64,000 nt of DNA from Mytilus trossulus. Its lineage: Eukaryota. How positions within the stretch are numbered: the first letter of the stretch is position 1; each line of letters begins with the position of its first letter. The position numbers were made by a program, and so were the translations under genes. The notes beneath the pieces are model-generated. The model saw only the letters and a program-made list of their open reading frames with translations. It ran no database searches and was not told the DNA's origin. Positions 23,436 to 38,173 of the stretch are shown here, piece after piece. The stretch is taken from assembly GCF_036588685.1 (NCBI RefSeq), contig NC_086373.1, positions 100,688,001 to 100,752,000 of the forward strand, given 5' to 3'.

Positions 23436-25594
23436 AGCAATTTTACCTGACCATATCGGGAAATAGGTATTTAGTCGGATCTTAACACGTACTTGTGATT
23501 TGGTTTAAACCGGTTTTGCTATAAATATACGGAGAAATGTCGAAATGTTCAGGACTTAATTAAATCCGTATTTCGGTAGGATGGTGCAAGCATACGATTT
23601 TTATTGCGTCTTACACTTTGAGAAGCGAATAATTTTTAACTACTTTATTCAAACATTGTGTAAAAAAATTAATTTTGAGCTTTGAAAGTCAAGTGACTCG
23701 ATCATTTTCCTGAGGAAGTTTAAAAAAAATTGCAAAGAAATATTTTTACAGTGGGTTAGCTTTCATTAGTCTTCACTATCTATAGATTAACAACTTTTTG
23801 TTATATTTATAATTTAGAATCATTATTGAAGGTGGAGCACGATTGCGCAGTTAATTAATTCTATTGATGTGCCATTTGTATGCAAGAGTGACATTCCTTT
23901 GTATTATGTGCCAATTCGAAAAAGTTATGCGAGTATTCTCTCCCCTTAACAGGTTCATTATTATATAATTAAGTTTACGTTTCTGATATAATTTTGAATA
24001 ATTACAAAATGTATACATTCAATATATTTCAGTTTTTGTTATTGGTGTATCAAAAACATTGATGTGCGAATATAATTGTATAAATTTGAAACGTTTAAAA
24101 TGATAACATACCAATATAAAGAACCGTTCATCATGGGACCGGCGAGCAATTTTTAATTGTAGCTTATTCAACCTTAAAATATTTATTCACTATAAACGAA
24201 AGTTACTTTATACAAATATAAGGACTTAGTTAGCTAAATTTACAAATTGTATTAGATATTATGATTTTTATTGCAATAGATTAATATGCTACACCTATAT
24301 TTGATATGATTTGTTATATTGTCCCATACATGAATATATATGGTTTAGGAGTGGGGATCTTGACCGTTACCAAGTTTTTGGTCATTTTTGTCTCTTGTGG
24401 ATAGTTGTCTCATTGGCAATCATACCACATCTTTTTTTTTTTATATAAGAAACTTCCAGCTATTTGAACTGACCTATCAAAATTGAGAAGAAAAAAATAC
24501 CCCTTGAAATTGCAGTAATATGTTCAACTTGAAAAGCATTTAACATGCATTACCAACATTAATCACTGATAAACAAAAATTATACTGTTACCAGGAACAT
24601 ATATATTGTTAGATAAACTCTTCCCAGCTGTCACAATGTATTGGATATTCACATTAAAACTGGTGTACAAAATATTTTCTGCTTTTTCTTTCTTTTACAT
24701 CTGTCTTCTAGTGTTTATATTTATTTACTATGCATAGATGTATTTTGTCACCTGTCTGGATTTTTTTAGTAGCTAAATCCGGGATTACCCTTATCCGCTT
24801 CCGGAATCGGATCCGATATTGTAATCTCGCGGCAGCCATTTTGGTTTCAATGTTGTTTGTGACCACTCTTGTGACAGATAGTGAGATACGATTTTACTCG
24901 GATTTCCACATTATTTATCGGCGATTTTATGTATAAAGCTAGCGGTTGAACAAATTGAACATCGCTGTCTTTATTCGAAATGATGAAATTAAGTTTGAGA
25001 TCGTTTATTAGGAAACTTTGGTAAAAATGTTTGCAAAGTTATTTTTTTATATTCTTTCAAGGTCCGTCGGGCATGTCGTGCGTAGCTAGTAACCAAGTAG
25101 AAAGTCCGACTGCAAAAGTGGACGGTCGCAGACCTCGGACCACCGCTAATTTGAACCCCTGCGTCCAAATTGAAAAGATACGAAAATTTCGTCTTCTTTT
25201 AAATTCAAAATTGCCGCCAACAGCGTGATCAGTTAAACTTATATACGTAGATGACTACGTATTGACGACAAACAATATTCCTACGACTTTTGCAATTTGG
25301 GAAATCTTAACTACTTGTCTTAAGAGATTTTCGGCGATTAGATATTTCATACAGTTGTTCTTTGACATCTTAGCCAAAAGCTTAGGGGATAATAAACTAC
25401 ACAAGGATTCCTAATGTGCTCTACTTCCTATGTGCAACTTCAAAACTTTTGGGAAAATCGACGATCATTTAAGGGTTTTTTTGTCATATTTTTTGTAATC
25501 CAGAATGAAAAGTATAAAAAAAAAATGTCTAATAAGTTGCAAATAATATAGTTTGGGTAGCACACAAATCCAGGGTGCTCGCATAAGGCAGCTT

Positions 25595-26155
25595 AACTGC
25601 CTAAAAATGTGTCCATAGTACACGGATGTCCCATCAGCACTATCATTTTTTATGTTCAGTGAAATAAGAAAGATTATATCATAAGAAACATGTGTACTTA
25701 GTTTCAATTTGATTGGATTCAACTTCATCAAAAATTACCTTGACAAAAAACTTAAACCTGAAGCTGGATAGACAGACAATCGGAGGAACATACAGACAAA
25801 TGATTGAACAGACAAACAAACAGACACACAGACCAGAAGACATAATGCCCATAAAGAGGGCATAAAAACAAGATAGTGTCCTTAGTTCAAGGATGTCCAA
25901 GTTGCACAATCATTTTCTATGTTCAGTGGACTAGAAAATTGCAGTCAAAACTCTAATTCAGCATTAAAATTAAAAAGATCATATCATAGGATACATGTTA
26001 ACAAAGTTTCAAGTTGATTGAACTTGAACTTCATCAAAAACTACCATGACCAAAAACTTTAACAAGAAGCAGGACAGACAGACGGATGGACAGACCAATG
26101 GACTAACTGACACACAATGCAGATAACATTATGCCCACAAATGGGGCATAAAACA
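25595..26155 (+). mobile_element. Two tandem short HINE-like elements
   Basis: Duplicated ~280-bp unit ending in an (acag)n microsatellite, a hairpin atgccc...gggcat and an A-run. Confidence 0.65.
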
Positions 26156-27685
26156 CTATATTCTCAGTTCCAGAATATTTTGATAACGAAGAGGCCCCAG
26201 TTTAACACACTTACTGATTGAAGGATATGTATAACTTCTGAATAACTTTGTTGCAGAATGACAGAATGACACATAATGGTAACATCATATGGACCTGACC
26301 TAAGTCACCAGGGCCATAAAAAACATATTTCTCTCAGCTATTTTGCAGCATAAGGGTACAAATTCAAATTTCAGTAGTCCACGCTGAATTTCTTTTATAT
26401 TATTTTCTAATTCAGAAATAACTTATACATGTATTAGCTTCAGAATAAAAAGTAAAAGTGGGTGAAATTAGACATATTGGAGAACCACAGATTCCAACAA
26501 AGATGGTAAAATTATCAAAGGACATTAGAAAACTGATTAGTTTTTAAGTTATTTGCTTATATTAAGTGGTCAGAAGATTTTTGTTAAAGTGGACAAACAA
26601 TAACAGAAGACAAAGGGCACCAATATATGGGTATAGCTTACTTGGATTAGGAAAGCAAATAAAAATAACATATAAAAATAACATATAAAGATTTATTATG
26701 ACTGTAACATTATTATTACAATCAATCCATTATCCACAGACTCAACACTTATTTTTTATTCATATTGGCTATTCATACTGTATGGAAAACAGTTTTGAAA
26801 ACAACATCTATGGTCTGTTAATCACAAGTGGTAAAAGAAATTGAATTGAATTGAATTCTGTTTTTTCTACTGTTAGGTTTTTTTTTATTCAGAAAATGTC
26901 AAATATGAAATTTGAATACAGATTATAAAATTAATTAAAATCAAAATTAAAAAAATCAATTCCAAAGATGTAAGAAGATGTGGTATGAGTGTCAATGAGA
27001 CAACTCCACATCCAAGTCACAATTTGTAAAAGTAAAAAAGAATGATTTTAAAATTCTGTTTTCTTTTACTAATTCTAACAAGTGGTTGTATGTATAATTT
27101 TATGTACATGTATAAGGAATGTGTTTCAATACAAAACATTTTTATATATATCACAATAATACATTATATAGACACAAAATGTCATGAACAAATTCTTTCC
27201 ATAAAACTGGTTCAGTTTTATTTTTGGCTAACAGTTTTCTCACATCAACTAGCATGGAGAAGTTATATTTCTAACTTAAATGAATTACCGGTAAATCTTT
27301 ACATTATTTTGATAAATTTCGGCTTTTGCTTTATATTAAATGCATTTATAAATAATAAACAAAAAAGTAGAACTTTTTCTAACCAATACAATTACCCTTA
27401 AATATTTCAAATCTTGAACCTTTAATAATAGTTCATATTTTCATGACAATTTTGTTTTTGTGTAATCACATGACTTTTAATATTTCCAAGCAGGGATCTT
27501 ATTAAACTTGTTATGATTTTGTACAACTAATAAATTTAACTATGTAAACTCCATACATTTTGAGACAACAGTAATAGATCTAAAGCATCCACGTTCAAGT
27601 TAAATTCACAAGTAACTACACTAGACATAATTCTGAATACATATCCTGGGACTCTATACAGTATCTATGACTAACTATGTTTTGT

Positions 27686-30600
27686 TTATGCAGTTCCCAT
27701 TTTAGCACTAGAGATCTGGAAAAAAAACAATTCATTAATCTATTTCTCTAAATTAAGTTTAATAGCGCATATATATAGACAAGGAGTTAAATACCCGTCA
27801 TGATACACAACATTATTGCTTATAAGATCCTATACATTTGTACTTGGATTGGTTTGATCTTTCATATTGTTTAGTCTTATTTTTAACCTTTTCAATCAAA
27901 AGTTACAAATAGTGACAGTTGCAACTGTAATAACCTGTCATGTCTGCAGATTTTAATAGATAATTATGCTTTTTGTGCTTTTTTAGAACTATGCAAACTT
28001 TCATTGAATTTGTTTTTAAATTCAAAATCTTCCCATTTGTAGCTAGTATGTTCTTGAATTGTACAATCTTTTTGAAATTTATTTACATGCCCTTTCTGAG
28101 AACAAAAGTACAGTGTATGTGTTTATGTTCCTATTGCACAATACTTTGACAGTAATTAATGAATATTAGGTTTTGTCTGCACCCTACTGTATATTTTGGT
28201 AATGCTAGGTAATAGGACGAATATAAGGTTGATTCTGGACCTATCTGTATATTTTGACAATGTCAGGTATAGGATTTTCAAGTGTGCCATGAAGTAAATT
28301 GAATAGAATCAGCTATGCAATGTTTATAGTAATTCTCTCTCAGACACTGCCTCCAAGTGAAGAATGCTAACAATATCAGTAGCCTAACAATTAACCACTT
28401 TTTCTGTGAGCTGATTATGCTGCTGAAGTACTCCTTTATTTTTCTTTTGAATTCAGTTGTCTGACCATAATTAATTTCATTGAACATACTTATTCAAATA
28501 TATAAATTAACTTCCAGAACTTTGCAAACCTGCTTTGAATGATTTTAATCTTGGTCTCAAATGATACTAAGATTCTACATAAAATTTCAAATCCCTGTTT
28601 CATGCTGTTTAGCTTTCAACTTGTCCTATTTCGCTATGTTAAATTTATGGTATTGTAAATTTTATAAATATATATATCTAAGCATTTGTACTTACCTGTA
28701 AAATGGCAACAATAATTCCAAAAAGACCAATAGCACTTCCAAAGATTTCAATGATTAGAATTTTAACAAAGAGAGCTGAGTTCTGAGCATCTGCTAATGC
28801 TGCACCAGATCCTACAATACCCACGCACAATCCACAGGCAAGGTTACATATACCTACATTAATACCAGCTGCAAAGATCTGAAAACCTAAAAATATATAA
28901 CTTATATGTAATTCAATTATGAACTTTTAAAACTACATGTATATTTTCTTTGTAAAAAAAGATCGTCAATGTGACATGAGACTTTGATTATCAAATGATT
29001 ATGGGTTGAGCCTTTGGTTTTAAATTTTAGAATTTAAATCATAGGCTATGTTTCTTATTGTGACATCAAGACGTTTTAACGCCTCTTTGAATTGAAACTT
29101 CATTCTCTATGTACCAGGCATATAGATTGAGCTGAACCATATGGATATCTCCCAGCTGGGTACTTATACATACCACACATATTGTAGGACAATGTAGGAT
29201 GGGTGAAGTCAAAGTCACCACATTTCTATATCAGGCATAGGTTTTGCTTTGGCTGGCTTTGAAATATCCATAAAATCAATGAAATATTTTACAAACAGGA
29301 AGCATACTTTTATAAGGGTCTTGAAACAGATCTTTTTGGTAATTTGCTTTTCTTATGTTTCAAAATTGTAACAATTTAATACTACTGAATTGTTTATGCT
29401 TTCAAATTAATAATAGTATGAATATCAAACCTGCATAATGACTGTCCCTAATCACATCTAGATTGGATTCCAGAGGGTCATATTTCTAAAATATAAACAA
29501 AACTTTCATTAGCAAATACTGTGGATTCATTCATTTTCATAGACAAATGATGGGTTGAGAAAAAAATGTATTTCTTTTTAGATAATTTTGAAAACTTTGT
29601 CGTGGATGTGGATAACTGGTCATAGACTCCCAGTTGATTAATGAAATTTCACAATTAAAGATGATGCTGATGACAATAGCCACCTGATACAAGATGGTTG
29701 CTAGCAACCCCAGCAAGTTAATTAACAAAGATTTTTTTGTTTATCTTATCTTATGTATGTAATTGTACTTATTTTCGTGGTATATTTATTTTCAAGAATT
29801 TTGCGGTTGAGTTATTATCATGAAAACAAATACACACAAATCTAAATCAAACTATTCAACTGAAAGGCAATAACTATAAAATCATGAAATAAATACCTGG
29901 GAACGTGTTTGAAATACACAATTCGCGAAAAATAAGAACCCACGAAAAAAGGTAAAAGTACAGTATCTTAAATTATAGCTTTATTAGTTAGATAAGTAGT
30001 GACCAGATACTTATGTTCTTTCAATTTTAACTTACCCCAAGTTTATTTCCAATAACTATAGCTAAAATAATTCCATAAATAGCTACAGCTTCACAGAAAA
30101 TAATGCTTATTAAATTCTTTGTTTTGATCCTTGGAGCTTTTACTCCTCCTCCTAAAATGCTAGACCCAGTAGTAAATATTCCCCTGAAATGGTATGTCAT
30201 AAAACAATAAAATCAAAGTCATAGTTTAATTATAAACAAAAGCCTTTTTTATCCATTGACTAGACATCACTTTCAATATGAGGATAACAGTAGCTCCCAA
30301 GAAAGAATAAAAGTAAAGTTATTCTTTTAAAATTTGTATTCCATTACATGTATGTAGATCATGTCATCCCAATTAATAATTTAAAGTTTAGTGAATATGT
30401 TGAAAACATCTATCCAATGGATATCCTTGATTTGGTTAAGTCTGCTACATATCTTGACAATAAGGGAGTATCTATGAATAAGATATAAAAATGCTTGTAA
30501 CTTATTAATATTGCAGTAATCACTAAATCACATTATTAACATTAGTAATAACCCTGGCAATAATTTCTTAGTTTACGGTATTGATTCTTCAGTTTTGTTT

Positions 30601-33600
30601 ATTTTTTATATTTGTAGATGTAAGGGTTTGATAAGCAGTTCTGAAGACTCAGTAAATAATTATGAAAGTTTAATGCTGAAAACATATATCTATACATGCT
30701 ATATCCATGAACCATTTTAAAAAGACAGTTTGAAATATCCTTATGAATGTTATGTTTCTCACAATTTTAGAACTTACCATGCAGCTCCTACAACTGACAG
30801 AGATATACATAAACCAACACCTATGGAGCCCCACATATATGGTGAAGTCTCTGACAAAAACCTACAACAAACACACAAAGTCAGTTAAGATTGAAGAGCT
30901 ACTATGAACATTAATAAAAGTTATATTTTTAGTTGGAATAATTGAATTACACAATCAAATAAAACATGAGTACAATTTATATATATATACTATTGTTTGG
31001 AATGCTGCCTTGTATCACAGAGGTCCCAGGTTGGGTTTGAGTCCCGGAGGAGACTAAGATAATTTAGGATGTAGAATCATGCTCTCCAATTACACATGTT
31101 TTATATCAAACAGTATCAGCCGTTTTTTATCGATTCAATTTAGAAACTGTAAGACGTATTCATTATATTGTATATACAGAATTGAGTTGTGGATTGTACA
31201 AGGTTGTCAACAAGTTTGATTTATTTATGTATAGATTTTAGTTTTTTGTTTTTCTTTAAACACTCCTATTTGTATTTTTCATTATTTTACTGAACAAGAT
31301 TATCAGTGGGGAGGTTGAGATCTCCTAAGGTCTTTTCATGTTAATACTTGGCTTTAAAATTTTAAAACAGACAAAATTTGAAAAGAAGCTTACTGAATAA
31401 AATTCTCAACCTGGAACTTACACATGTACATGTTAAGGGGGAGAAAGTAGATTCAACCTTCCCCTATCATCTCAAAGATCAGAAAAACTTTTTTAAGATA
31501 GAGATAAATTAAAAATTAAAACCTTTTTTAAAATTCCTGGCTATGGGTCTGTATACTATAGAACCATACTGTTTGAAAGAATGCCTCTAGCAACTAAAAT
31601 TAACCTAAAACACATTCACATTTAGTTGACCAGCTACTTTGTCTCCTTACTTTCTAATTATATTTAAAGGTCATTTTAATAGCAATATGGTAATCATATA
31701 AAGCTCTGAAGAGAAAAGAACTCTTCACAGGAACATTTTTAAAAATATAAAAATATAATGTATAATTTGTTAATGTAATTACCATCCAATATCAAAACGT
31801 GTTCCTCTTCCGGTTAACATATAATACATAACTGAAAAAGAGAATATTGTAAGTTCAATAAATATTCAGCTACTACATTTGAATCGATGTACAGCAGCAG
31901 TTATGTTGTGAAAGTGAATTTGAGAAGCACACATTAACTATATATGTGACTTGTTCATAAAACAACAGAACTTTGTCATGTTTGTGAAACTCATTTAAAA
32001 TACATATATATTTTTCTTCTCGCAGGCTAGCACAAGTTTTATTCTAAATTATAAATGCTAGTCTGAGTTTCCATTCATCATGTTTATGAAATATAATTTT
32101 GGTGTTTCTACTTTAGTCATAGAATTACTTGTTGTATTGATGAATATGATTTGAATGTATTGTTGGACTACCAGGCATAAATGTATAATGATATTCAAGA
32201 ATTTTGTTTTCCTATTTGCACTTTTCTTCTTGCTGCAGAAACCAGCATATTTTTCTCAGTTCAATGCCTTTTTGTTCAGTGATAATATCAGAAAAAGATG
32301 GTTGATAACCTTGGCAAAAAATTGTACCTCATTCATTAATGCTTGCAATCAGTTGTTTCATGTATAGTATTTGAATAAATTTCATGTATAGTATTTGAAT
32401 AAATCAATCTATACATGCTATATGAGCAAAATGTGAAAGTGTGCCAATTTTGTGTGAATGCGTTTTTTAAGCCTCAGTCACACCTTACTGGACAGCACAA
32501 ATGGACGCCTAACGGATAACTTTTTTTCAGTCCGTTCATGTCCGTTACACATCCTTTCTTATTCGTTAGACATCCGTCCATATCTGTTGCATGTCCTTTA
32601 AGCGTACATTTTATCCGTCAACGTCTGTTCCGTTATGTGTCCGTTATACATCCTTTGGGGGTCTGGAAGATAAATTCACCAACAGACGTTTAACGGATAA
32701 AACGGATGTTGAAAGGGTGAGAAACAGACTCATACCGGATGTATAACTGATAAAATGGATGTTGAACGGATCAGAAACGGATAAATGCCATTTGAAAATT
32801 TCGCGTCAGAAATGCCAATTATTGGTTTGTCAGATTTTTTAAGGTTCATGAATTCTTATTACATGTATTAATAATCAATCTTAGAGTATAGGCACGTCTT
32901 CACAATCAAACAGCTCTTATTCAGGCCAGACACTGCCCTTTGGCGGAATTTTGAAGACTAAACTAAAACCAGTTACACAGAAACATTTTGAATATTTATG
33001 CGATTTACATGTATTATCATTGTCGCCTTTGATTTTTCCGTATATCTTGTTCATCTGTTTTATCCGGTACACTTCCGTAAGTTGTCTGTTTTATACGGTA
33101 CATGTCCGTTGGATGTATGTTCGACATCCGTTCTGTCCGGTACGTTTCTGTTTCTCGTATGTTGCATATCCGTTGTGTGTTCATTATGCATTCGTTATAC
33201 GTCCGTTTTAATTGGTCAGTACATAAACAGACTCCCAACGGATAACAATTTCACAACGGACAACTTTTATTTTCATCCATTAGGCGTCCGTTCGTGCTAT
33301 CTGGTAAGGTGTGACTGAGGCTTTAAGCAAACACAGCTAAAATTATGTGTAAATATACTAATACATGTATCTATGAATAAAATGCAAAATATGAAAATGC
33401 ATTTTTGTGATTTCTTTTATTCATTCTTATTGTCAAAGGTTGGATTATAAATCGAACTTTTGCTATTATCATGATTATACTGACATAATTTCAATATCAA
33501 ATAATGATGTAATTTTTTATGTACACCATATAAAGTATATATATATAAAAAAGATGTAATATGATTGCCAAAGAGACAACTCTCCACAAGGGACCAAATA

Positions 33601-34995
33601 GACAAAGAAATTAACAACTACAGGTTATTGTCAGCCTTCAACAATGAGCAAAGCCAATACCGCATAGTCAGCTATATTAAAAGGCCCCGAAATAACAATG
33701 TAAAACAATTAAAAAAAAGAATTCTAACGGCCTAATAGTGTATACATTTGTAGTTTGTATGACACATATATTAAGCCAACACTAATAACTAGCTGGTAGC
33801 TTCTCAATAAATATACATATAGATATAGGAAGATGTGGTATCATCATCACTATGAGTGCCAATGAGCATTATTGATGAGACAACTCTCAATCCAAATAAC
33901 AATATACAAAAGTATGTTGTTTTATGCTACATGTATGAGCCTATAAGATGATATGATAAGTTCTTTATGTCTAGAATCGTTGTTTGAGTGTGTATCCCAC
34001 TACATCTGACACCTAGGTTTCTAAATTTTTTAGGTCTTCTTGAACATGTTGAAGTGTAAGTTTCAGTTCATATGGTGAACATTTAAGACTAAACTTGAGT
34101 TGATCTTAAACAATGATTTACACTGCTTGACATGAGGTTAATAGGTGAAAACATATCATGGAATAATTGATTCCTTCTGTAAAGTAATATACATTCATCA
34201 CAAGTATATTTTGCAAGAGAAAGTTTACAGGGAACAGAAAACCAAGTCTGGATCACTAGAGGACTTCAGGGCCAGAGTAATTATCATCCCCTGGACCCAG
34301 CCACATATGAAATACACAGCAGAATACACCTTATTGCTATTTGTCCGCCATTACTGGATATCACACAGGTTCCCGTAAAATTTTGACGTCATAAAACAAA
34401 ATATCTAACGCCACAAGAGAAAAGTGACTGTTGTTAGTGTCAAAAAATCAGCCAGGATTAGCGATAAGGTGTATAACCGAGTTCGACTCATAATGGAAAG
34501 AAGAAGAGAAGAAGAAAGTGCACCTAATCTGTTTGGAAACACAGTTACAGTAAACAGTCATCAACATAAACTTGTACTTGTGAATCAACTGAGTCAAGAA
34601 GGTAATGGATGTGACACAGATAAAGTCTCTAGACTTTTAGTGAAACAAGGGGATGTAAACTTTAAGTAATTCTGATGTTGCATAAATTTCTATTTGTAGC
34701 CAGGTATCTACAATGTACACTATTACAACTGTAAATTATTAACTTATGATGGGCCTGTCACATAGTTCGAAGTCACAGCCACTTGTTGACCTTTTGAATA
34801 CATTCATTGATACTCATATTCGACAGTCTAGAAACAAGTGCCTGTGACTGTGTTCAGGTGTTCGGGGTTGCAAATGTCATATAATTTACAATTTGTACCT
34901 ATAATGATGATAGCAGTTATCCCCAATAACAGTGTAATAGCGTAAACAGGAAACAGGGACATCCCTGTCTGTTTACTTGACGGTTTCGCCTCCAT
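27686..34995 (-). CDS. ATP6V0B: V-type proton ATPase 21 kDa proteolipid subunit c''
   Basis: Exons 34995-34899, 31831-31783, 30861-30778, 30183-30036, 29225-29174 (least certain), 28886-28696, 27715-27686 = 651 nt / 216 aa. Motifs [75 protein letters not shown]. Confidence 0.95.
32470..33322. mobile_element. PIF/Harbinger-type MITE in ATP6V0B intron 1
   Basis: TIRs agcctcagtcacaccttac / gtaaggtgtgactgaggct, TTA on both sides, internal tccgtt/aacgga motif arrays. Confidence 0.9.
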
Positions 34996-36089
34996 ATTTT
35001 GGAATTATTCTTTCAGATATTGACGTTTTTCCTCATATGATAATATTGACGGAAACGGCTCATGTGATTAAAAGGGAGAAAACTCGAGTTGTCTGATTCC
35101 GACCAGAGTTACAAAATGTTATGACCATAAATTATCAAAGCTCTGGTAGTTCTTTAAGGACGTATCCTTTCATCCCTCTGAATCGGTAAATTATTAAAGA
35201 TGTGATATATTATGGTAGCAATAAACAGTAAGGTAAAAATATTAAAATCTACCCTCATAAAGTTTACCATTTCTTTTTTATTGCTTTCTTGCAAATAAAG
35301 CTTTCTGTTTGTCACGGTCACTATATGTGCATATACATGTGTCAGAATCTCCCATAAATTGTATACACAACTGTTATAACATAATTTCTTGTATGTGTCT
35401 TTATTGCAACAATCTACAATTATTTGTTATAAAATTTTGCAAAAAAAGGGGGTGTTCACATACTTCCCCCAAAATTTGGTCAGAAGTAGACTTTCAAACG
35501 ATTGAAGTTATACCTATTCTGGAACTGCTTACCGATATCAACGGAAATCCAATAAAAATCAGTTTTTTTTCATTTCATTTTTTGTCTAATTGCGCCATCT
35601 TTCTGGACCTTAGACCGGTATAGCTATGAAATTACGTAACGGAGAGTCAAACTGAGAAAAACAGCCCATAAAAAAACATGTAAAAAATATTCGTGATTTT
35701 CTTTTTAACCATCTTTGAAGGCTAAATTAGTACTCAAACGTCTAAAGATGAATTTTATTGCATAATAACATTTATATTTGAAAAATCCACAAGGGCCAAA
35801 ATGCAAAACCAAACTCCTAACTGTGAATTGCTACTTATGAGAATAAACAGCAATAATCGAACCGTAAAATCATAAGCTTTATCGACCAAGTCAAAAGGTC
35901 ACCCAATTCAAAAGGTAACCCACGGCCTGATTCTTACAATGACGAATAAAAACAAACACGGTAAACAACAATGGCATCACCATTCAACAATTATCACTGG
36001 ATATCAATTACTAGTTCCTGACTGAATTGGAGAAACACTCAACTGACGGTATAAAAATGTGTGTGTCTCATCCCCCTTGTTAATATATA

Positions 36090-37047
36090 CAGTCCGCCAA
36101 AAGTTAAGCACCACCGAAATATAACTGGCAATATTTTTTTAACTATTGCGAAAAAAATATTAATGTTTGGTGTTATGAATTATCTTCAACAAAACGGCCT
36201 ATGACCAAAAACAATGTTTGCACAAGGACTGCATTCAGTGCTGGAGGTGTTCCAGTACGGGGTTGCTTCTTATACCGTTATAAGCTGGGTATGCATGTTC
36301 TGCAGGGTAGCATAAACGGACAGACAAACAGAGATTTGAAGCCTTTAAACATTTTAGTCCCTCATTTTAATAATCCCCAACTTGCGTCTACATTGCCAAG
36401 ACTCGTGTACATGGACGACAACGCTAGAACACACAGAGCAAGGATTTTAACCGAGTCCAAAAAGCAACAAGCCATTTTCACTATTTTTTAGCCTTCTATG
36501 TCCCCATACATAAACCCTATCAAACATGTCTGAGATGCCATTGGCGGAAATCTCAACAGAGATCCACCTTCACAATATTTTGTCGATTTAAAAGTGGTAT
36601 TTGTTGTTTAATGCAACAGATTTCCTAAACTAAAGCTTGAAGGCTTATACCGAGAATGAAACGTCGTGTTTTGAAACTCTACCGGAAGTGAGGTTGTTAT
36701 GCATGCTATTGACTCAAACGTTGTCATTAAAATTGCCAAACATACCAAAGCTTATGTGTAGAAAGTTTTAATAATATTGGGTGATCATTTTTTGTAAAAT
36801 AATAAAATCAAAGTGAAACTTAAATTCTGTTTCTGAATTCAGTAATTTGCACTATTTCTATGAACGGAAAACATACATGCATAGAACCTTCATAAGTGAC
36901 TAAAATTACATTTCTGGTTTGTTTATGGTATACATTAGCAAAATTGCTATATGATTGTTTTATTTTTTTCGTGGAAAAATTGATTTTTTAAATTTGAAAA
37001 AAAATCTGTGCAATAAAAACAGGTGGTGCTTAACTTTTGGCGGACTG
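36090..37047 (+). mobile_element. Internally deleted Tc1/mariner transposon
   Basis: Perfect 26-bp TIRs cagtccgccaaaagttaagcaccacc flanked by TA; decayed catalytic motifs YMDDNARTHRA and SPYINPIKHV*D. Confidence 0.9.
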
Positions 37048-37220
37048 TATTTTTATTTTGGTAAATAAAATAAAATCTCAAAATCAAATAATGGATGTTT
37101 TAATTAGCACGAATATACACATATCAAATCTTCAACAATAAATAACAATTGAATAACAACCTATAGAACTATTATGTTACTTAGGCACATATATGTAGAA
37201 ATGTTTAGGATAAATGTTTA

Positions 37221-38093
37221 TCAACAAGTTATAATCTGTACTGTTGCACTGGCTGTCACGGGTGAGAGTCCGTTGTAGTACTGGTGAACATAACCAGGAT
37301 TCATGACTGGTGATAAAGAACTATATCCATGCAGAGGCGAATCCAGGGGGGGGGGGTCCGGGGGTTGGGATCCCCCTTTTTTACGAGCAATGCATGTGAA
37401 TAGGAGCATATAGTTGCCCCCCCCCCCCCTTTTTACTCTAAAATGGCTGGATCCGCTCCTGCCATGCATGTACGGGTTGAACATTGATGGTAATGCTGAA
37501 TAGTTTTGGTGAAATCCATATAGTTGGGATGGTTGACTCATAGAAGACTGTAGATCTGGAATAGGCCTTCCAACACTAACAAACTTTGATAATTCTGTTA
37601 AGTCGTTGTAGCCGAAGCTCTTGATTCGACGTTTCTCTTTCATTTTGCGATTTTGAAACCACCATTTTATCTGTACTTAACTGAGTTTGAGTCTCTTGGC
37701 CAGAACAGGTCTGTCTTCAATAGCAAGGTACTTGTGTGTGCTATAGTATCGCTCTTATTCAAAAACCTGAGAGTTAGTGAAGATGGTTCTTGCTTTCTTT
37801 GTGGGTTGATTGTTTTCAGAATCATCCGAGGTAAATCTTGAAGAAGAGCAATGTTTAGATTCTGGTGAACTTATGTTATCCTCTGAATCGTCGGTAGTTG
37901 ATCTTTTTCTTTTTCTCTGTATGAGCAGGTCATTCGCCGTTGAACTAGTAGAAAAATAGTTGTAATGAGGTTGGAGGCCTTTTAGTGTCATATAAAATTC
38001 ATACAATGCAGTCTCTGACTGAAGTGACTGTTGAGCCAGCTGGCTGCTTTTAGATAGTTCTTCTATACTAAACGACTCTGGTATGAACGCCAT
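37221..38093 (-). pseudogene. Homeobox pseudogene, tandem paralog of 40806-41522
   Basis: Collinear with the intact copy but has two in-frame TAA codons in the homeobox (37755-37757 L>stop; 37677-37679 E>stop) and a MITE inserted in the C-terminal region. Confidence 0.9.
37332..37461. mobile_element. 130-bp MITE with CAG...CTG ends and a 5-bp TSD (hAT-like)
   Basis: TIRs cagaggcgaatccag / ctggatccgctcctg; CCATG duplicated at 37327-37331 and 37462-37466; absent from the paralog. Confidence 0.85.
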
Positions 38094-38173
38094 TTAAATG
38101 TATTCTGGGATTTTAATAATTTTCTTTGCTTCTTTTTTACTTCAAATTTAAAATTACTTTTTTCTTTTGGTGA

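Noticed and set aside
31005-31060. tRNA-like B-box (ggtttgagtccc)
   Set aside because: No cloverleaf; at most a decayed SINE head.
32951-33318. Overlapping short ORFs (also 46598-47192, 39828-40078, 17272-17493 and most other 60-120 aa ORFs)
   Set aside because: They fall in MITEs or low-complexity repeats, or are antisense to real exons, and show no recognisable domains.
35533-35600. ATG in aagATGGCG as the ATP6V0B start
   Set aside because: It stops after 7 codons; more likely a YY1-like motif or non-coding exon. A proper first coding exon exists at 34995-34899.
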